Assembly (NCBI GenBank): GCA_021513695.1
Contig: CP084166.1
Location: 1,472,001 to 1,536,000 of the forward strand
DNA: 64,000 nt
Direction of reading: 5' to 3'
DNA from: Candidatus Heimdallarchaeum aukensis
Lineage (GTDB): Archaea > Asgardarchaeota > Heimdallarchaeia > Heimdallarchaeales > Heimdallarchaeaceae
Shown: piece after piece, positions 46,627 to 56,725 of the stretch
Position numbering within the stretch: the stretch's first letter is position 1
How the letters are laid out: the number at the start of each line of letters is the position of its first letter
Translations under genes and position numbers: made by a program
The notes under the pieces: model-generated
What the model was told of the DNA's origin: nothing
Databases searched by the model: none
The model's input: the letters and a program-made list of their open reading frames with translations, nothing else

Positions 46627-48048
46627 CTACAGATTTTTCCCTCTCTTCTTCAAGTAATTTGCATATTCAACAAGTCTTCCTACAGCTCTTATTGCACTCC
46701 CTGGGCTTTTAAAAACAGCAAAGTCTTCTTTTAGCAAAACATCATAAGCATAATCTGCTTCTTCTCCACCTATAAGCGCAGTTACGAAAGTTTTTTCTTT
46801 TCTGCTTGCTATCTTCCTTGTTATTTCTATATATTCATTAATGTCTAAGTTAGGGATACTTGGAATGCAGATATTAACAACTGCATCAACTTCAGGATCT
46901 TCATAGACTGCTTCCAAGGCTTTTTCATAATCCTTTGCATTTGCCGAACCAGTAATATCAATAGGATTAGTTGTAGAGTAATAGACTGGAAAGGTCTCAT
47001 CTAGTTTTTTCTGAATCTCTGGTGAAAATTTAGCTAGTTGTAACTTACAATCAGAAACCATGTCTGAAGCCATTACTCCTGCACCACCTCCATCCGTGAC
47101 AATAGCAACCCTATTTCCTTTCGGAAGAGGTTGGGTGGCAAATGAAATGACACAATCCTCCAACTCATCCCAAGTAATTACTCTTTGAAATCCTGCTTCT
47201 TTGAGGAGATCATCAACAATTGCGTCATCAGAAGATAATGCAGCAGTATGTGATGCGCCCGCTTTAGCACCTGCTTCTGTACGATTTGCTTTTATTCCAA
47301 GTACAGGTTTCTTTAAACTTACTTCTCTTAGAGTTTCCATGAATTTCCTGCCATTCTTGAAATCCTCAAGGTAAACAAGTATCATTTTTGTATCTTCATC
47401 ATCACCTAGATATTCAATGCAATCTGCTTCATTAATATCCGAAGCATTTCCATAAGAAATGAATCGAGCTATCCAATTTCCTGAACCCAGTCTAGCTAAC
47501 TGATCAATAAAAGCTGCACCAAAAGCTCCACTTTGCGTAAAAATTGATACATTTCCTGGTTTTGGTCTTTTTAGCTTGTTTACTGGTAAGAACATAGTAT
47601 CATATCCTAATACAGGAGAATATAACCCCAGACAATTAGGACCAATGATATTGATATTATAGGTTTTCATAATATCATTCATTCTATTCTGTATAGCAAC
47701 TCCTTCCTCGCCTATTTCGGCGAAACCCCCTGTAGTTACAATTACATTCTTTATGTTCTTTTTACCACATTCTTCCAGTGCTTGTGGAGCGAATTTTGCT
47801 GGAACAATAATAATTGCAGCATCAATTTCTTCTTCAATATCTAACACAGATTTGTATAATGTATATTCTTTACCTGCAAAAATGTGTGTTCCTCCACGAG
47901 GATTGACTAAAAATAATTTACCGGGAAAATCTTTAGCAAAATTCTCAGCAACAACTCCTCCTGGCTTCAGTAAATTTGTTGAAGCGCCAATTACACAGAA
48001 ACTTTTTGCATTAAAGAAATTAGCTATTCTATTGCTCATTCTTATCAT
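46627..48048 (-). CDS. acdA: Acetyl-CoA synthetase (ADP-forming), alpha subunit (CoA-binding plus succinyl-CoA-synthetase-like domains)
   Basis: 473 aa. 'FFNAKSFCVIGAST' (CoA-binding Rossmann), 'IKNVIVTTGGFAEIGEEG', 'NIIGPNCLGLYSP', 'VSIFTQSGAFG', 'ASHTAALSSDDA'. Immediately upstream of acdB on the same strand. Confidence 0.85.
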   Translation of the reverse strand: MIRMSNRIANFFNAKSFCVIGASTNLLKPGGVVAENFAKDFPGKLFLVNPRGGTHIFAGKEYTLYKSVLDIEEEIDAAIIIVPAKFAPQALEECGKKNIKNVIVTTGGFAEIGEEGVAIQNRMNDIMKTYNINIIGPNCLGLYSPVLGYDTMFLPVNKLKRPKPGNVSIFTQSGAFGAAFIDQLARLGSGNWIARFISYGNASDINEADCIEYLGDDEDTKMILVYLEDFKNGRKFMETLREVSLKKPVLGIKANRTEAGAKAGASHTAALSSDDAIVDDLLKEAGFQRVITWDELEDCVISFATQPLPKGNRVAIVTDGGGAGVMASDMVSDCKLQLAKFSPEIQKKLDETFPVYYSTTNPIDITGSANAKDYEKALEAVYEDPEVDAVVNICIPSIPNLDINEYIEITRKIASRKEKTFVTALIGGEEADYAYDVLLKEDFAVFKSPGSAIRAVGRLVEYANYLKKRGKNL

Positions 48049-48166
48049 TTTTCAGATTTTTAAACGGATTAAAAATTTTTGGAAAAATACCTTTTAAGAA
48101 ATATAATTAATTTCTAATAAAAATTAAATAGGAGAAATGAAATTATAAAAAAAGGAAGGGTTTACT

Positions 48167-48628
48167 TTGAGAAAAAGTAGAAGTCTATCAAACATCTTTG
48201 CAATAATCTTAGGGGTTGTTGCGATTGTGGGGATTGGATATTTAGGTTCTTATTTGAATATTGGATGGTTAGTACTAGTTGGGATATTTGTAGGTGCTGT
48301 TCTCATAGGTTTTTTTGCTTATGGTGATGATGGAGTAAAACTTGCAGTGATTTTTGGATTTATTTTAGTTGTACTTGGCATAATAACAGCAGTAGTTCTT
48401 TATTCTCAATTTGGACAGTTAACTGGAAGTGCAGACAACATCGCTGAAGCAATAGGTAATATTATAGGAGGAATATTAATATTGGTCTTAGCTATTTTTG
48501 CTATTATTGGGAGTATAGTGGTTGCAGTAATAATGGCCATTGGATCAGTAATTGGACGTGCGATTGGGAGATCTGTTTGGGACGAGAGAGAGCGTCAGAC
48601 AGTTAAATATGCTAAAACGGTGAAATAG
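48167..48628 (+). CDS. Small Gly/Ile-rich integral membrane protein (4 TM), hypothetical
   Basis: 153 aa with a TTG start. Composed of four long hydrophobic helices plus a short basic C-terminus. Confidence 0.35.
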   Translation: MRKSRSLSNIFAIILGVVAIVGIGYLGSYLNIGWLVLVGIFVGAVLIGFFAYGDDGVKLAVIFGFILVVLGIITAVVLYSQFGQLTGSADNIAEAIGNIIGGILILVLAIFAIIGSIVVAVIMAIGSVIGRAIGRSVWDERERQTVKYAKTVK

Positions 48629-48690
48629 TAAGAGCTTATAAACAGATATTCAGTAGAAATCTTTTTTACCCCATCTTTTTTGTTGAAATT

Positions 48691-49896
48691 ATGAACGGTA
48701 ATTTAGCAGAGTTACCTCTTTACTGGAAAGCACCATATCAAACTACTTTAATCACTGAAATTATAGATATAAAAGAAAACAATGTTGCACTCAAACAGAC
48801 TATTTTTTATCCAGGTGGAGGAGGTCAGCCCTGTGATGAAGGTATTTTAGAATTCAGAAATGGTGAAAGTTCCGAAGAATTCAGAATTATCTCAACTTAT
48901 AAAGAAGACGGAAAAATTTGGCACAAACTTGGTCACAAAGGTAATTCTTTGAGTCCAGGTCAACAAGTACTCCTTAAACTAGACTGGGAAAAGAGATATA
49001 GCTTGATGAGGGCTCATACTGCTCAACACCTTTTTTCACATTTTATAAAGAAGAAATTCGACTGCGAAACCTTAAAAGCTAATTTTGAACCATTTACCAT
49101 AGATATTGAAGTAGACAAAGAACTCAGTGCTGAAAATGTATTTGAGGTTCTTTCAGACGTTAATCTCGCAATTTCAAAAAATAGCAAAGTAAACAGTATT
49201 ATTATAAGCCAAGAAGAGTATCAACAAAAATACAGAAATAAGATTCGAGGAAAAGATTCAAAAGAAGATATAGTTCGATTGATAGAAATAGAAGAAATAG
49301 ACGATTTAGTTTGCTGTGGAGGAACACATGTAGATAATTTATTAGAGATACAAGGAATAATTTTACAAGAATTAAAGCATAATAAGATCAAGCTCTTAAT
49401 TGGTGAACACGGACTTTCCTATGCAAACAAACAGAGAGACTATGTTATTCAGCTTGAAAAGATTACAACAAAAAAGAATGATAAACTTATTAGTGTCATC
49501 AAAAACAGATTTGAAGATTATATTAGAGTAAACGATGCATTAGTTGAAACATTGTCCTTGATTTTTAAAAATATAAAACAAAGTACAGAAGCAGTTAAGA
49601 ACCTAAATTATACAAATCTTAAATTACAAAATGTAAATCGAGAAACAATCATAAATTCCATAAAAAGCATTCCTCCTGGAGTTTTCATCACCTTACTTGG
49701 ATATAATAATATTCTTTACTTCATCTCTACATCTGATGTTTCTTCTGCAGATGTTGTAAAAAAATTACAAGAAACTAATAACTATAAAGGCGGAGGAAAC
49801 CAGAAATTTGCTCAAATAAAATTAGAAGAAACTGAAAAAATCGAAGAAATAGAGAAAAAGATCAGGCAAATTGTTGAGAATTTACAGCCTAGCTAA
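48691..49896 (+). CDS. alaX: AlaX-type Ala-tRNA editing protein (AlaRS editing-domain homologue, long form)
   Basis: Zn-binding motifs 'RAHTAQHLFSH' (HxxxH) and 'CCGGTHVDN' (CxxxH), plus the N-terminal 'YWKAPYQTTLITEII' of the AlaX/AlaRS second-additional domain. Confidence 0.7.
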   Translation: MNGNLAELPLYWKAPYQTTLITEIIDIKENNVALKQTIFYPGGGGQPCDEGILEFRNGESSEEFRIISTYKEDGKIWHKLGHKGNSLSPGQQVLLKLDWEKRYSLMRAHTAQHLFSHFIKKKFDCETLKANFEPFTIDIEVDKELSAENVFEVLSDVNLAISKNSKVNSIIISQEEYQQKYRNKIRGKDSKEDIVRLIEIEEIDDLVCCGGTHVDNLLEIQGIILQELKHNKIKLLIGEHGLSYANKQRDYVIQLEKITTKKNDKLISVIKNRFEDYIRVNDALVETLSLIFKNIKQSTEAVKNLNYTNLKLQNVNRETIINSIKSIPPGVFITLLGYNNILYFISTSDVSSADVVKKLQETNNYKGGGNQKFAQIKLEETEKIEEIEKKIRQIVENLQPS

Positions 49897-50858
49897 AGCC
49901 AAGTATAAGTAACTGGTTTATATTTCTCGTTTTTTTGTATTTTCTTTTCATCAATTAATTTGTTGAGATGAGCTAGAATATTTAATTTAGGTGCTAAGAT
50001 TTGGTAATATCCATACCATATTATTCCTTGAGCAGTATTAACTCTCTCAGCAAGTTCTTCAGCAGTCAGGTATTTTTTCTCAGACATTGCCATTTCAATT
50101 TGTCTTTCATAGTCATTGAAAGATCTAAGTACATCTTCCACATAAGGTACTATATGTCTTCCTTCTTGGTATTGGTCATGAGAGGGACAAAGGTAATGTA
50201 TCGTGGCTTTCTGAAGAAATTCAACGTTTCTCAACCATTCTTTGTAAGAACCTGTTCGATCGATAAGGTAACTATGGGGGAGAGCAGGGTAAATATTTAA
50301 AGCATCTCCTGTAAACATCGCTTTATCTAGAGTAGAAAAATACATCGTGTGCCCTTCACAGTGTGAGTCAAAGTTTATTGTCATAATTTTAGTTGAACCA
50401 ACTTCAAACTTGTCTCCATCAGAGAATAGTATGTCTGGCTCAATTCTGCCTAGATCATCAAAAGGATCTTTCTTTATAGCAAAATATAGTTTCTCTTTTT
50501 TAGTAAAAGAGAAATTTTTCGCTCGTAAGACACTAGCTGGGTTTTTTGCTGTTTCCTCTAGTTTTTCGTTTAGGACAATTTGTGCCTTTGGAAAAAGTTT
50601 TTTTAATCTATACACACCACCAGCATTATCTGGATGAATATGTGTTAGAAAAATGTATTTTACTTTATCTGCACTTTTTCCTTTATCATGTATTGCTTGT
50701 TCGAAATAGTTTTCTATTGTCCCTTTTTTTCCGGTATCAATAATTGCGAATTCTTCATCACCAACAATATAGCCTCTATTTAATTCTCCTCCGGGACCGG
50801 CAGAGCCTTCAACAATAGTTAATCTATCATTGATATTACGTATTGCTTCCCCAAACAT
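49893..50858 (-). CDS. Metallo-beta-lactamase-fold hydrolase
   Basis: 'YIFLTHIHPDNAGG' (HxHxD-type metal motif), followed by later His and Asp ligands ('FDSHCEGHT', 'FTGDAL'). Confidence 0.6.
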   Translation of the reverse strand: MFGEAIRNINDRLTIVEGSAGPGGELNRGYIVGDEEFAIIDTGKKGTIENYFEQAIHDKGKSADKVKYIFLTHIHPDNAGGVYRLKKLFPKAQIVLNEKLEETAKNPASVLRAKNFSFTKKEKLYFAIKKDPFDDLGRIEPDILFSDGDKFEVGSTKIMTINFDSHCEGHTMYFSTLDKAMFTGDALNIYPALPHSYLIDRTGSYKEWLRNVEFLQKATIHYLCPSHDQYQEGRHIVPYVEDVLRSFNDYERQIEMAMSEKKYLTAEELAERVNTAQGIIWYGYYQILAPKLNILAHLNKLIDEKKIQKNEKYKPVTYTWL

Positions 50859-50874
50859 TTTCTTTCTCCACTCA

Positions 50875-51699
50875 TTATTTTGCTTCGGCTAATATTGCTG
50901 CAACAGCATTACTTACTTTTTTCATTTTATTTAATTCTCCAGAAACACGTTTCTTTTCATTTTCATATTCTGTTTCTGACATTTCTCCAGTCTGGAATTT
51001 AACATAAAGCACTTCCAATTCTTTCTGAAGAGCTTTCAATTTTCTACTAACTGCATCGAATGTTTTTCTCATTTTCGCTAGTTCAATATTAAGTTTTACT
51101 GTAAGATTTTCAATATTTTTCTTATACTTTGTTTCCATTTCAGCGATTGTTGAAGCACTTATTGCTTTGTCACCTTTTAATGACTTTAGCTTCTTTAGTT
51201 TTATTCGTTCATTATTTCGATCTTCAATGATTTCTTCAATTGGCAATATACCTTCAAAATTTTCAAATTCTTTTTCAAGTTCAGTTACTTCTTCTACTTC
51301 TTGCTTTAGTTTTTTTATCTTTGGTAAAGCTTCTTCTTTTGGAATGAGTTTATTTGTTACTCTATCTAGAAGAATATTTATTTCATTGTCTAGTTCTTTT
51401 TTCTTTTTTAGGAGCTCATTATATCTTTCTCTTGATAATATCACATCTGCAATTCTTTCAACGAGTTCATCATCTGTTAATTCTTTCTTTTCTTCTTTTT
51501 CTTCCACTTTTTCCTCTTCTTCTACAGGTTTAATTGGTTCATAAATTACTCCTGTAGGGCTTTCAGGATCTTCAATAGCAATTTCTTCTTTAATTGGATC
51601 AACTTGTGCTAAATCATGTTCTAATCTTGCTCCACATCGTCTGCAAAAATTCCATGATTGCTTTACTGGACTATGACAGTAAGGACATTCTGATGACAT
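50875..51699 (-). CDS. Zinc-ribbon plus long charged coiled-coil protein (hypothetical)
   Basis: N-terminal 'CPYCHSPVKQSWNFCRRCGA' (C-x2-C-x12-C-x2-C). The rest is heptad-like and E/K-rich. Confidence 0.4.
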   Translation of the reverse strand: MSSECPYCHSPVKQSWNFCRRCGARLEHDLAQVDPIKEEIAIEDPESPTGVIYEPIKPVEEEEKVEEKEEKKELTDDELVERIADVILSRERYNELLKKKKELDNEINILLDRVTNKLIPKEEALPKIKKLKQEVEEVTELEKEFENFEGILPIEEIIEDRNNERIKLKKLKSLKGDKAISASTIAEMETKYKKNIENLTVKLNIELAKMRKTFDAVSRKLKALQKELEVLYVKFQTGEMSETEYENEKKRVSGELNKMKKVSNAVAAILAEAK

Positions 51700-51858
51700 T
51701 TCTTGGACACCTTTTTTAATCTGTTAATATATGAAACTTCAATTAATAAAAATATATTCTTTTCCTAATGGAAGTAAAAATATAAAAATTATTTAAAATT
51801 TAGTGTTTCTATAAGCTAAACTGCTTTTAATTAAAGAAATAGCAAAAAATGAAAAAAA

Positions 51859-54387
51859 TCATTTATTCAACTCATGTATTATTTTAAATTCTGTGTCACG
51901 TATTTGATCAACAAAAATAGAATATTGTGCAAGCTCAAGAATTTCTAGTAACATTGATTTTGGATCATCATATTTTTTCGGTGTTCTTATAATTGATAAC
52001 TTAGAACCTGTTTCTCCGCTCCATACAGAAAAATTATACTGATAATCAACTAATAAGTTACTTAAATTTTCAAATCCTTTTTCTGTGAAGAAGGATGAAC
52101 CTTCAATAATACTAACTTGCTGTTTATCTAACTCACCTATCAAGTAATACCAAATTACCTCAATAAGAAAGTAAATCCCTTGAAAATAGTATAAATTATA
52201 ATCGGAACTTAAAGTTCGCAACAGTTTAATATAATTCTCTAACTCTGCCTTTTTAATTTCATCAAACTCATTTTCTGCAGAATATAAGCTCACCTCATTA
52301 TATAATATATTGACTAAGATTTGTAGTGTAGTTAAGACATCTTTGTTTTGAATAGTTTCTTGTAAATATCCAATTAGATTCAGAAAATTTTCTTCTTTAG
52401 TTTCGTGTAAAGAGATCTGTTTATTGATAATTTCAGGATAGAGTTGATAGACTTCTTGTCTATTATCAGCTGTTAGTGTTTCAAGTTTTTTTAACAACTC
52501 TAATACTGTATCTTTTTCTCCTTGAATTAAATGCAAATAGATTTTTTCTCTCAAAATTGTTGCAAGATATTTTAATATCTGTTCCTCTTCTAACAGATCA
52601 ACTACTATAGTATACTCTTCTTTTGCTTTCTCTATTTTATTACTTGCTAAATAAGTTCTCCCCATATTGGTGTGTAACACAATTAAACTTAATTTTTCTT
52701 CTCTTTGTTCTAGGGCTTCCCTTAATTTTCTATACCTAGCAATTGCTTCATCAAAACTTCCTTTTAATGCTAATGAGTCGGCAATTTTTCTTATACAGCG
52801 ATTTTTACCACTTGTATCAAAAATATCTGAATAATGGCTATATGAGGATCTAAGTTTAACTAAAGCTTCATCATATCTACCCTCTTTGATATCGAATTCT
52901 GCTTGAATTTCTTTAATTTCAGCTATCATCAAATTATCAGATATTTTCATATAATATTGCTTTGCTCTTTCAAGATATTTTGAAGCATCTTTTGAGTTAC
53001 CAATTCTTATATATGCTTTTGCAATAACGATATCACAATTTGCACTATTGACATTATCTCCTATTTCGAGGTATAGTATCTGAGCAGCTTTTAAAGCTTG
53101 AATTTGTGTTAGTATATTTTTACTTAGCTGGATGTTAAGTTGAGCTCGTAATTTAATAGCATCAGCTTTTCCTTTTTGATAAATAATTTCTTCAGATAAT
53201 GTTTCAATTTTATCTATTCTTTCCATTGCTTTTGCATAATTACCTTGATAGAAATCTCCTGTTGCGATTTGTACTAGAGCCTTTGTAAATTGTTTTTTAT
53301 TTGCGATATTTGTAATCATGGAATATGCTTTTCTGTATATATCTTGCGCTTTTTGCTTTTCATTTATAATGAAGTAGCTATCTGCCAATTCTAACATAGC
53401 CATAAGTATGTTATTATAATTTTTGTACTTACGAGATAAAGTTTCAGCGAGAGAATAATTTTGTCTTGCATTAGTATGTTGCCCTAATCTAACGAGAATT
53501 TTTCCTTTGACGAAATATGCTAATCCCAAATAGTATTGAGATTTTTCTTGAAGGCTTCTAATTGCTTGTGTAACAGTAAAATTAGCTTGTTTTAATTCTC
53601 CCTTTAGATATAGAACATGAGCAACACCAATTTTAGCAGCCCCTATGAGTGCAGAATTTGAAAGATTTGTTGCTAGTTCCAAGCAATTAGAATATATTTT
53701 TTCAGCAGAGATAAAGTCAGATAAATCTAATTTTTGATCTCCTAATATCAATAAAGCTAAAGATTGCCAAAATTGATCTCCAACTGCTTTACAATATTCA
53801 TAAAAACTGTTAACTTGCTCATATCCTTCTATTGCACTTTTAGAATGTATATCTACTAATCCTTTTGCAAATAAAGAAAATTTCTTTATCATCTCAGGTA
53901 AAAATCTGCTTTGTCTTGAACCTAGAATAAGATCAAGCTTTTCTACATACTCTACTAAACCGTCAGTATCGCCTATTAGAGTCTTCAAATAAATGTATAA
54001 AATTATTGATTCAACAAGTGGAAGAATATCATTAGATTCTATGGAAATAATTGACTCTAAGTTTGAAAAAGCCTCATCTGTTTCTCCAATTTCAAAAAGA
54101 GCAAAACTCCCCCACACGACAGAACCAGGGACTTTGTCATCTATACTTTTTATTGCTACGTCATAATGACCAACTATTGTACCAATTTTTGCAGCTAAAT
54201 ATTTCAACTCCTCGTCACTTTCATAAACTGGATCGCTGATAATATTCCACATTAAGCGACCAATTTGACTAGATGTTTCAGAAGTTAGCTTTCCTTTTAA
54301 TGTTTTAATAAACACTTCACGAACTTCAACACTAATACGATTTTGATGAGCTTGAATTTCAGGTGGCAATGTATTTACTGGTTTCAT
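51859..54387 (-). CDS. Large TPR-repeat protein (842 aa)
   Basis: Numerous 34-aa repeats with the W-LG-Y/A-F-A-P pattern (e.g. 'AQDIYRKAYSMITNIANKKQFTKALVQIATGDFYQGNYAKAMERIDK'). Confidence 0.6.
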   Translation of the reverse strand: MKPVNTLPPEIQAHQNRISVEVREVFIKTLKGKLTSETSSQIGRLMWNIISDPVYESDEELKYLAAKIGTIVGHYDVAIKSIDDKVPGSVVWGSFALFEIGETDEAFSNLESIISIESNDILPLVESIILYIYLKTLIGDTDGLVEYVEKLDLILGSRQSRFLPEMIKKFSLFAKGLVDIHSKSAIEGYEQVNSFYEYCKAVGDQFWQSLALLILGDQKLDLSDFISAEKIYSNCLELATNLSNSALIGAAKIGVAHVLYLKGELKQANFTVTQAIRSLQEKSQYYLGLAYFVKGKILVRLGQHTNARQNYSLAETLSRKYKNYNNILMAMLELADSYFIINEKQKAQDIYRKAYSMITNIANKKQFTKALVQIATGDFYQGNYAKAMERIDKIETLSEEIIYQKGKADAIKLRAQLNIQLSKNILTQIQALKAAQILYLEIGDNVNSANCDIVIAKAYIRIGNSKDASKYLERAKQYYMKISDNLMIAEIKEIQAEFDIKEGRYDEALVKLRSSYSHYSDIFDTSGKNRCIRKIADSLALKGSFDEAIARYRKLREALEQREEKLSLIVLHTNMGRTYLASNKIEKAKEEYTIVVDLLEEEQILKYLATILREKIYLHLIQGEKDTVLELLKKLETLTADNRQEVYQLYPEIINKQISLHETKEENFLNLIGYLQETIQNKDVLTTLQILVNILYNEVSLYSAENEFDEIKKAELENYIKLLRTLSSDYNLYYFQGIYFLIEVIWYYLIGELDKQQVSIIEGSSFFTEKGFENLSNLLVDYQYNFSVWSGETGSKLSIIRTPKKYDDPKSMLLEILELAQYSIFVDQIRDTEFKIIHELNK

Positions 54388-54495
54388 TGTGATATCAACT
54401 TTCTTAACGTAATGGAAAATATAGAGTAATAACTAAAAAGCATTTCTCTCAAAAAAGCTTTTGTAAAAGATTGGATAAAATAAAAGTTGAACAAA

Positions 54496-54738
54496 TTAAA
54501 TACTTAAGCGTTCAAGATTCTTGTTTGTAACTTTTGTTACCTCTGGCACATATTCTTTTAATGTTTTTTCTACATAGTTCGTTAAAGTATATTGAGAATA
54601 TGGACAACCTGCACAAGTTCCTTGTAATTGTACTATCACTTCACCATCGTCCTTTACTTCTAAAAGTTCAATATCTCCTCCATCTCTTTGGAGTGCAACT
54701 CTTATAGCATTCAATACTTCCTCTACCTTTTCTTTCAT
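54496..54738 (-). CDS. NifU-like (Nfu C-terminal domain) Fe-S cluster assembly protein
   Basis: 80 aa: 'VEEVLNAIRVALQRDGGDIELLEVKDDGEVIVQLQGTCAGCPYSQYTLTNYVEKTLKEYVPEV' matches the Nfu/NifU C-terminal domain with its CxxC pair. Confidence 0.7.
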   Translation of the reverse strand: MKEKVEEVLNAIRVALQRDGGDIELLEVKDDGEVIVQLQGTCAGCPYSQYTLTNYVEKTLKEYVPEVTKVTNKNLERLSI

Positions 54739-54893
54739 CAGGATTACCTTTTAATTCAACATTAAGATATGTTCTTATAAATATTACATTCTATACAAAA
54801 ACATTATGTAAATACCAAGATGAAATATGTAATTATATTCGATCTGAAGGAAATAAATTTTTAAAATTCACTAATTTTTTTAAAAAGAGAATT

Positions 54894-55442
54894 ATGAAAA
54901 TTATAATTGGTACAAAGAATCCCATAAAAATTAAAGCTACCATTGAAGCCTTTCAGAATTTCTATAATGAAATAGAGTATGAATCATTCGATTTAAGCCA
55001 ATATCCTTCAGTTTTAAAACAGCCAATGAGTACTAATGAAACTTTAGAGTCTGCGCTAAAGCGAATTGAAATAATAGAAACAAAAATAGATGAAGCAGAC
55101 TATTATGTTGCTCTGGAAGGTGGAGTGGGGATAGATAATTTTGGATTTTTCCTAACAGGATATGTCGCAATAAAATCCAAATCAGGAAAAATATCTGTCT
55201 CAGGAGGGTATAGGATGCCATTACCTAAAAAACTCTTTGATGAACTCCAAAGGAATAGAGATATAGAATTAGGAGATCTTATAGATAAATATTCAGGAAT
55301 TAAAAATAGTAAACAAAAAGATGGGGCTATTGGTTTGTTTACTTCTGGTAAGTTAACTAGAAAAGAGACTTTCAAACAAATGATTATACTCGCTTTAGTT
55401 CCTTTTACAAGTCATGTTTACTCAAAAATAGAAAATGAATAG
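54894..55442 (+). CDS. Non-canonical purine NTP phosphatase (inosine/xanthosine triphosphatase, YjjX family)
   Basis: 'MKIIIGTKNPIKIKATIEAFQNF' parallels the E. coli YjjX N-terminus (VV.aTtNPaKiqAilqAF). Length 182 aa. Confidence 0.6.
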   Translation: MKIIIGTKNPIKIKATIEAFQNFYNEIEYESFDLSQYPSVLKQPMSTNETLESALKRIEIIETKIDEADYYVALEGGVGIDNFGFFLTGYVAIKSKSGKISVSGGYRMPLPKKLFDELQRNRDIELGDLIDKYSGIKNSKQKDGAIGLFTSGKLTRKETFKQMIILALVPFTSHVYSKIENE

Positions 55443-55465
55443 AAAAATTAGAGTAAAAGCTTATT

Positions 55466-56725
55466 CTACTCTAATTCTCCAATATCTGTTCTCCAATATA
55501 ATTTTCCTTTTATTTTTGTAATGTCTTCGATTACTTTTCTCTTTGCCTTAAAGATATCGTTTCCTACACCAAGAAGAGCAAGAGAACGACTAGTTGTTGT
55601 TCTTATTGTTCCATTTTCTCTATAAACAGAAGCATAAAAGAGATCAGATTTTAACGGATAGCTAATTGTTATTTTTTCATCTTTTAAAGGATTAATAGGG
55701 TATCCTTTTGGAACAAGATAATTACAAACAGTAGCTTTATTTTCAAAATTTACTTTTTTCAAGGATTGATCGATCATATTCTGATTGATGACATTGTAAT
55801 CATCTTTTAACAGTTTCAACACATTAATAGCTTCAGGGTCTCCAAAACGCGCATTAAATTCAATTAAGAAAACGTTTCTTTCTGATTTCATAAATTGTCC
55901 ATAAAGAACTCCAACATAAGGAATGTTCGTATGCTCCTTTAGTGCCTTGATGGTTTTTTTCAGAATATCAACAGCTTTTTCAACATCATTTTGTTTCAAG
56001 AAAGGTAAATGATGATCAGGAAGACTGTATGAGCCCATGCTCCCCGTATTTGGTCCTTTATCTCCCTCATATGCTCTTTTATAGTCTCTAACCAAAGGCA
56101 TTAATTGAATATTTTTTCCATCGGTAAATACCTGAAGAGAAAATTCTTTTCCTTTTACTTTTTTCTCAATTATTACTAATCCATCTTTCGCGATAGTTTG
56201 TTTAACAATCTCTTCTGCTTCAGAGTATGAAGAAAAATGGTCACCAAACACTTTAACTGCTTTTCCTCCAGTTAATCCATCAGGTTTAATAGCAATTTCC
56301 AAACCATTTTCTTTAACAAAAGACTCAAAATCACTAATAGTCTTACATATTTTGAAAACAGGGTTACCCTCTATTTCGTATTTCTCAAGTAAGTTTCTAG
56401 CAAATGATTTACTTGTTTCTATTTTAGCTACTTCTTGTCTAGGACTTGCAACTGGGATTTCTAACTTGTCCTCAATGTAATTAGTTAATCCAAAAGACAG
56501 AGGTAATTCTGGTCCTATTATTGCATAATCAATATTCTCAAATTTGGATAGTTTTTCAAAATTCGTCAGATTTCCTAGTATGAACTTTTCTGATATATCA
56601 GCTATTCCTGGATTTTCATAAGCCATGTATGAAAAAAGCTTATTTTCATTTTCCACTATTTTTTTGGCCATAGCATGTTCTCTGGCCCCATTACCAATTA
56701 ACAAAACTTTTTCTGCCATTTTCAT
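55466..56725 (-). CDS. purD: Phosphoribosylamine-glycine ligase
   Basis: 'KVLLIGNGAREHAMAKK', an ATP-grasp core and the C-terminal 'GKLYWRTDIG' are typical PurD. Its start overlaps the purF stop by 4 nt. Confidence 0.85.
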   Translation of the reverse strand: MKMAEKVLLIGNGAREHAMAKKIVENENKLFSYMAYENPGIADISEKFILGNLTNFEKLSKFENIDYAIIGPELPLSFGLTNYIEDKLEIPVASPRQEVAKIETSKSFARNLLEKYEIEGNPVFKICKTISDFESFVKENGLEIAIKPDGLTGGKAVKVFGDHFSSYSEAEEIVKQTIAKDGLVIIEKKVKGKEFSLQVFTDGKNIQLMPLVRDYKRAYEGDKGPNTGSMGSYSLPDHHLPFLKQNDVEKAVDILKKTIKALKEHTNIPYVGVLYGQFMKSERNVFLIEFNARFGDPEAINVLKLLKDDYNVINQNMIDQSLKKVNFENKATVCNYLVPKGYPINPLKDEKITISYPLKSDLFYASVYRENGTIRTTTSRSLALLGVGNDIFKAKRKVIEDITKIKGKLYWRTDIGELE

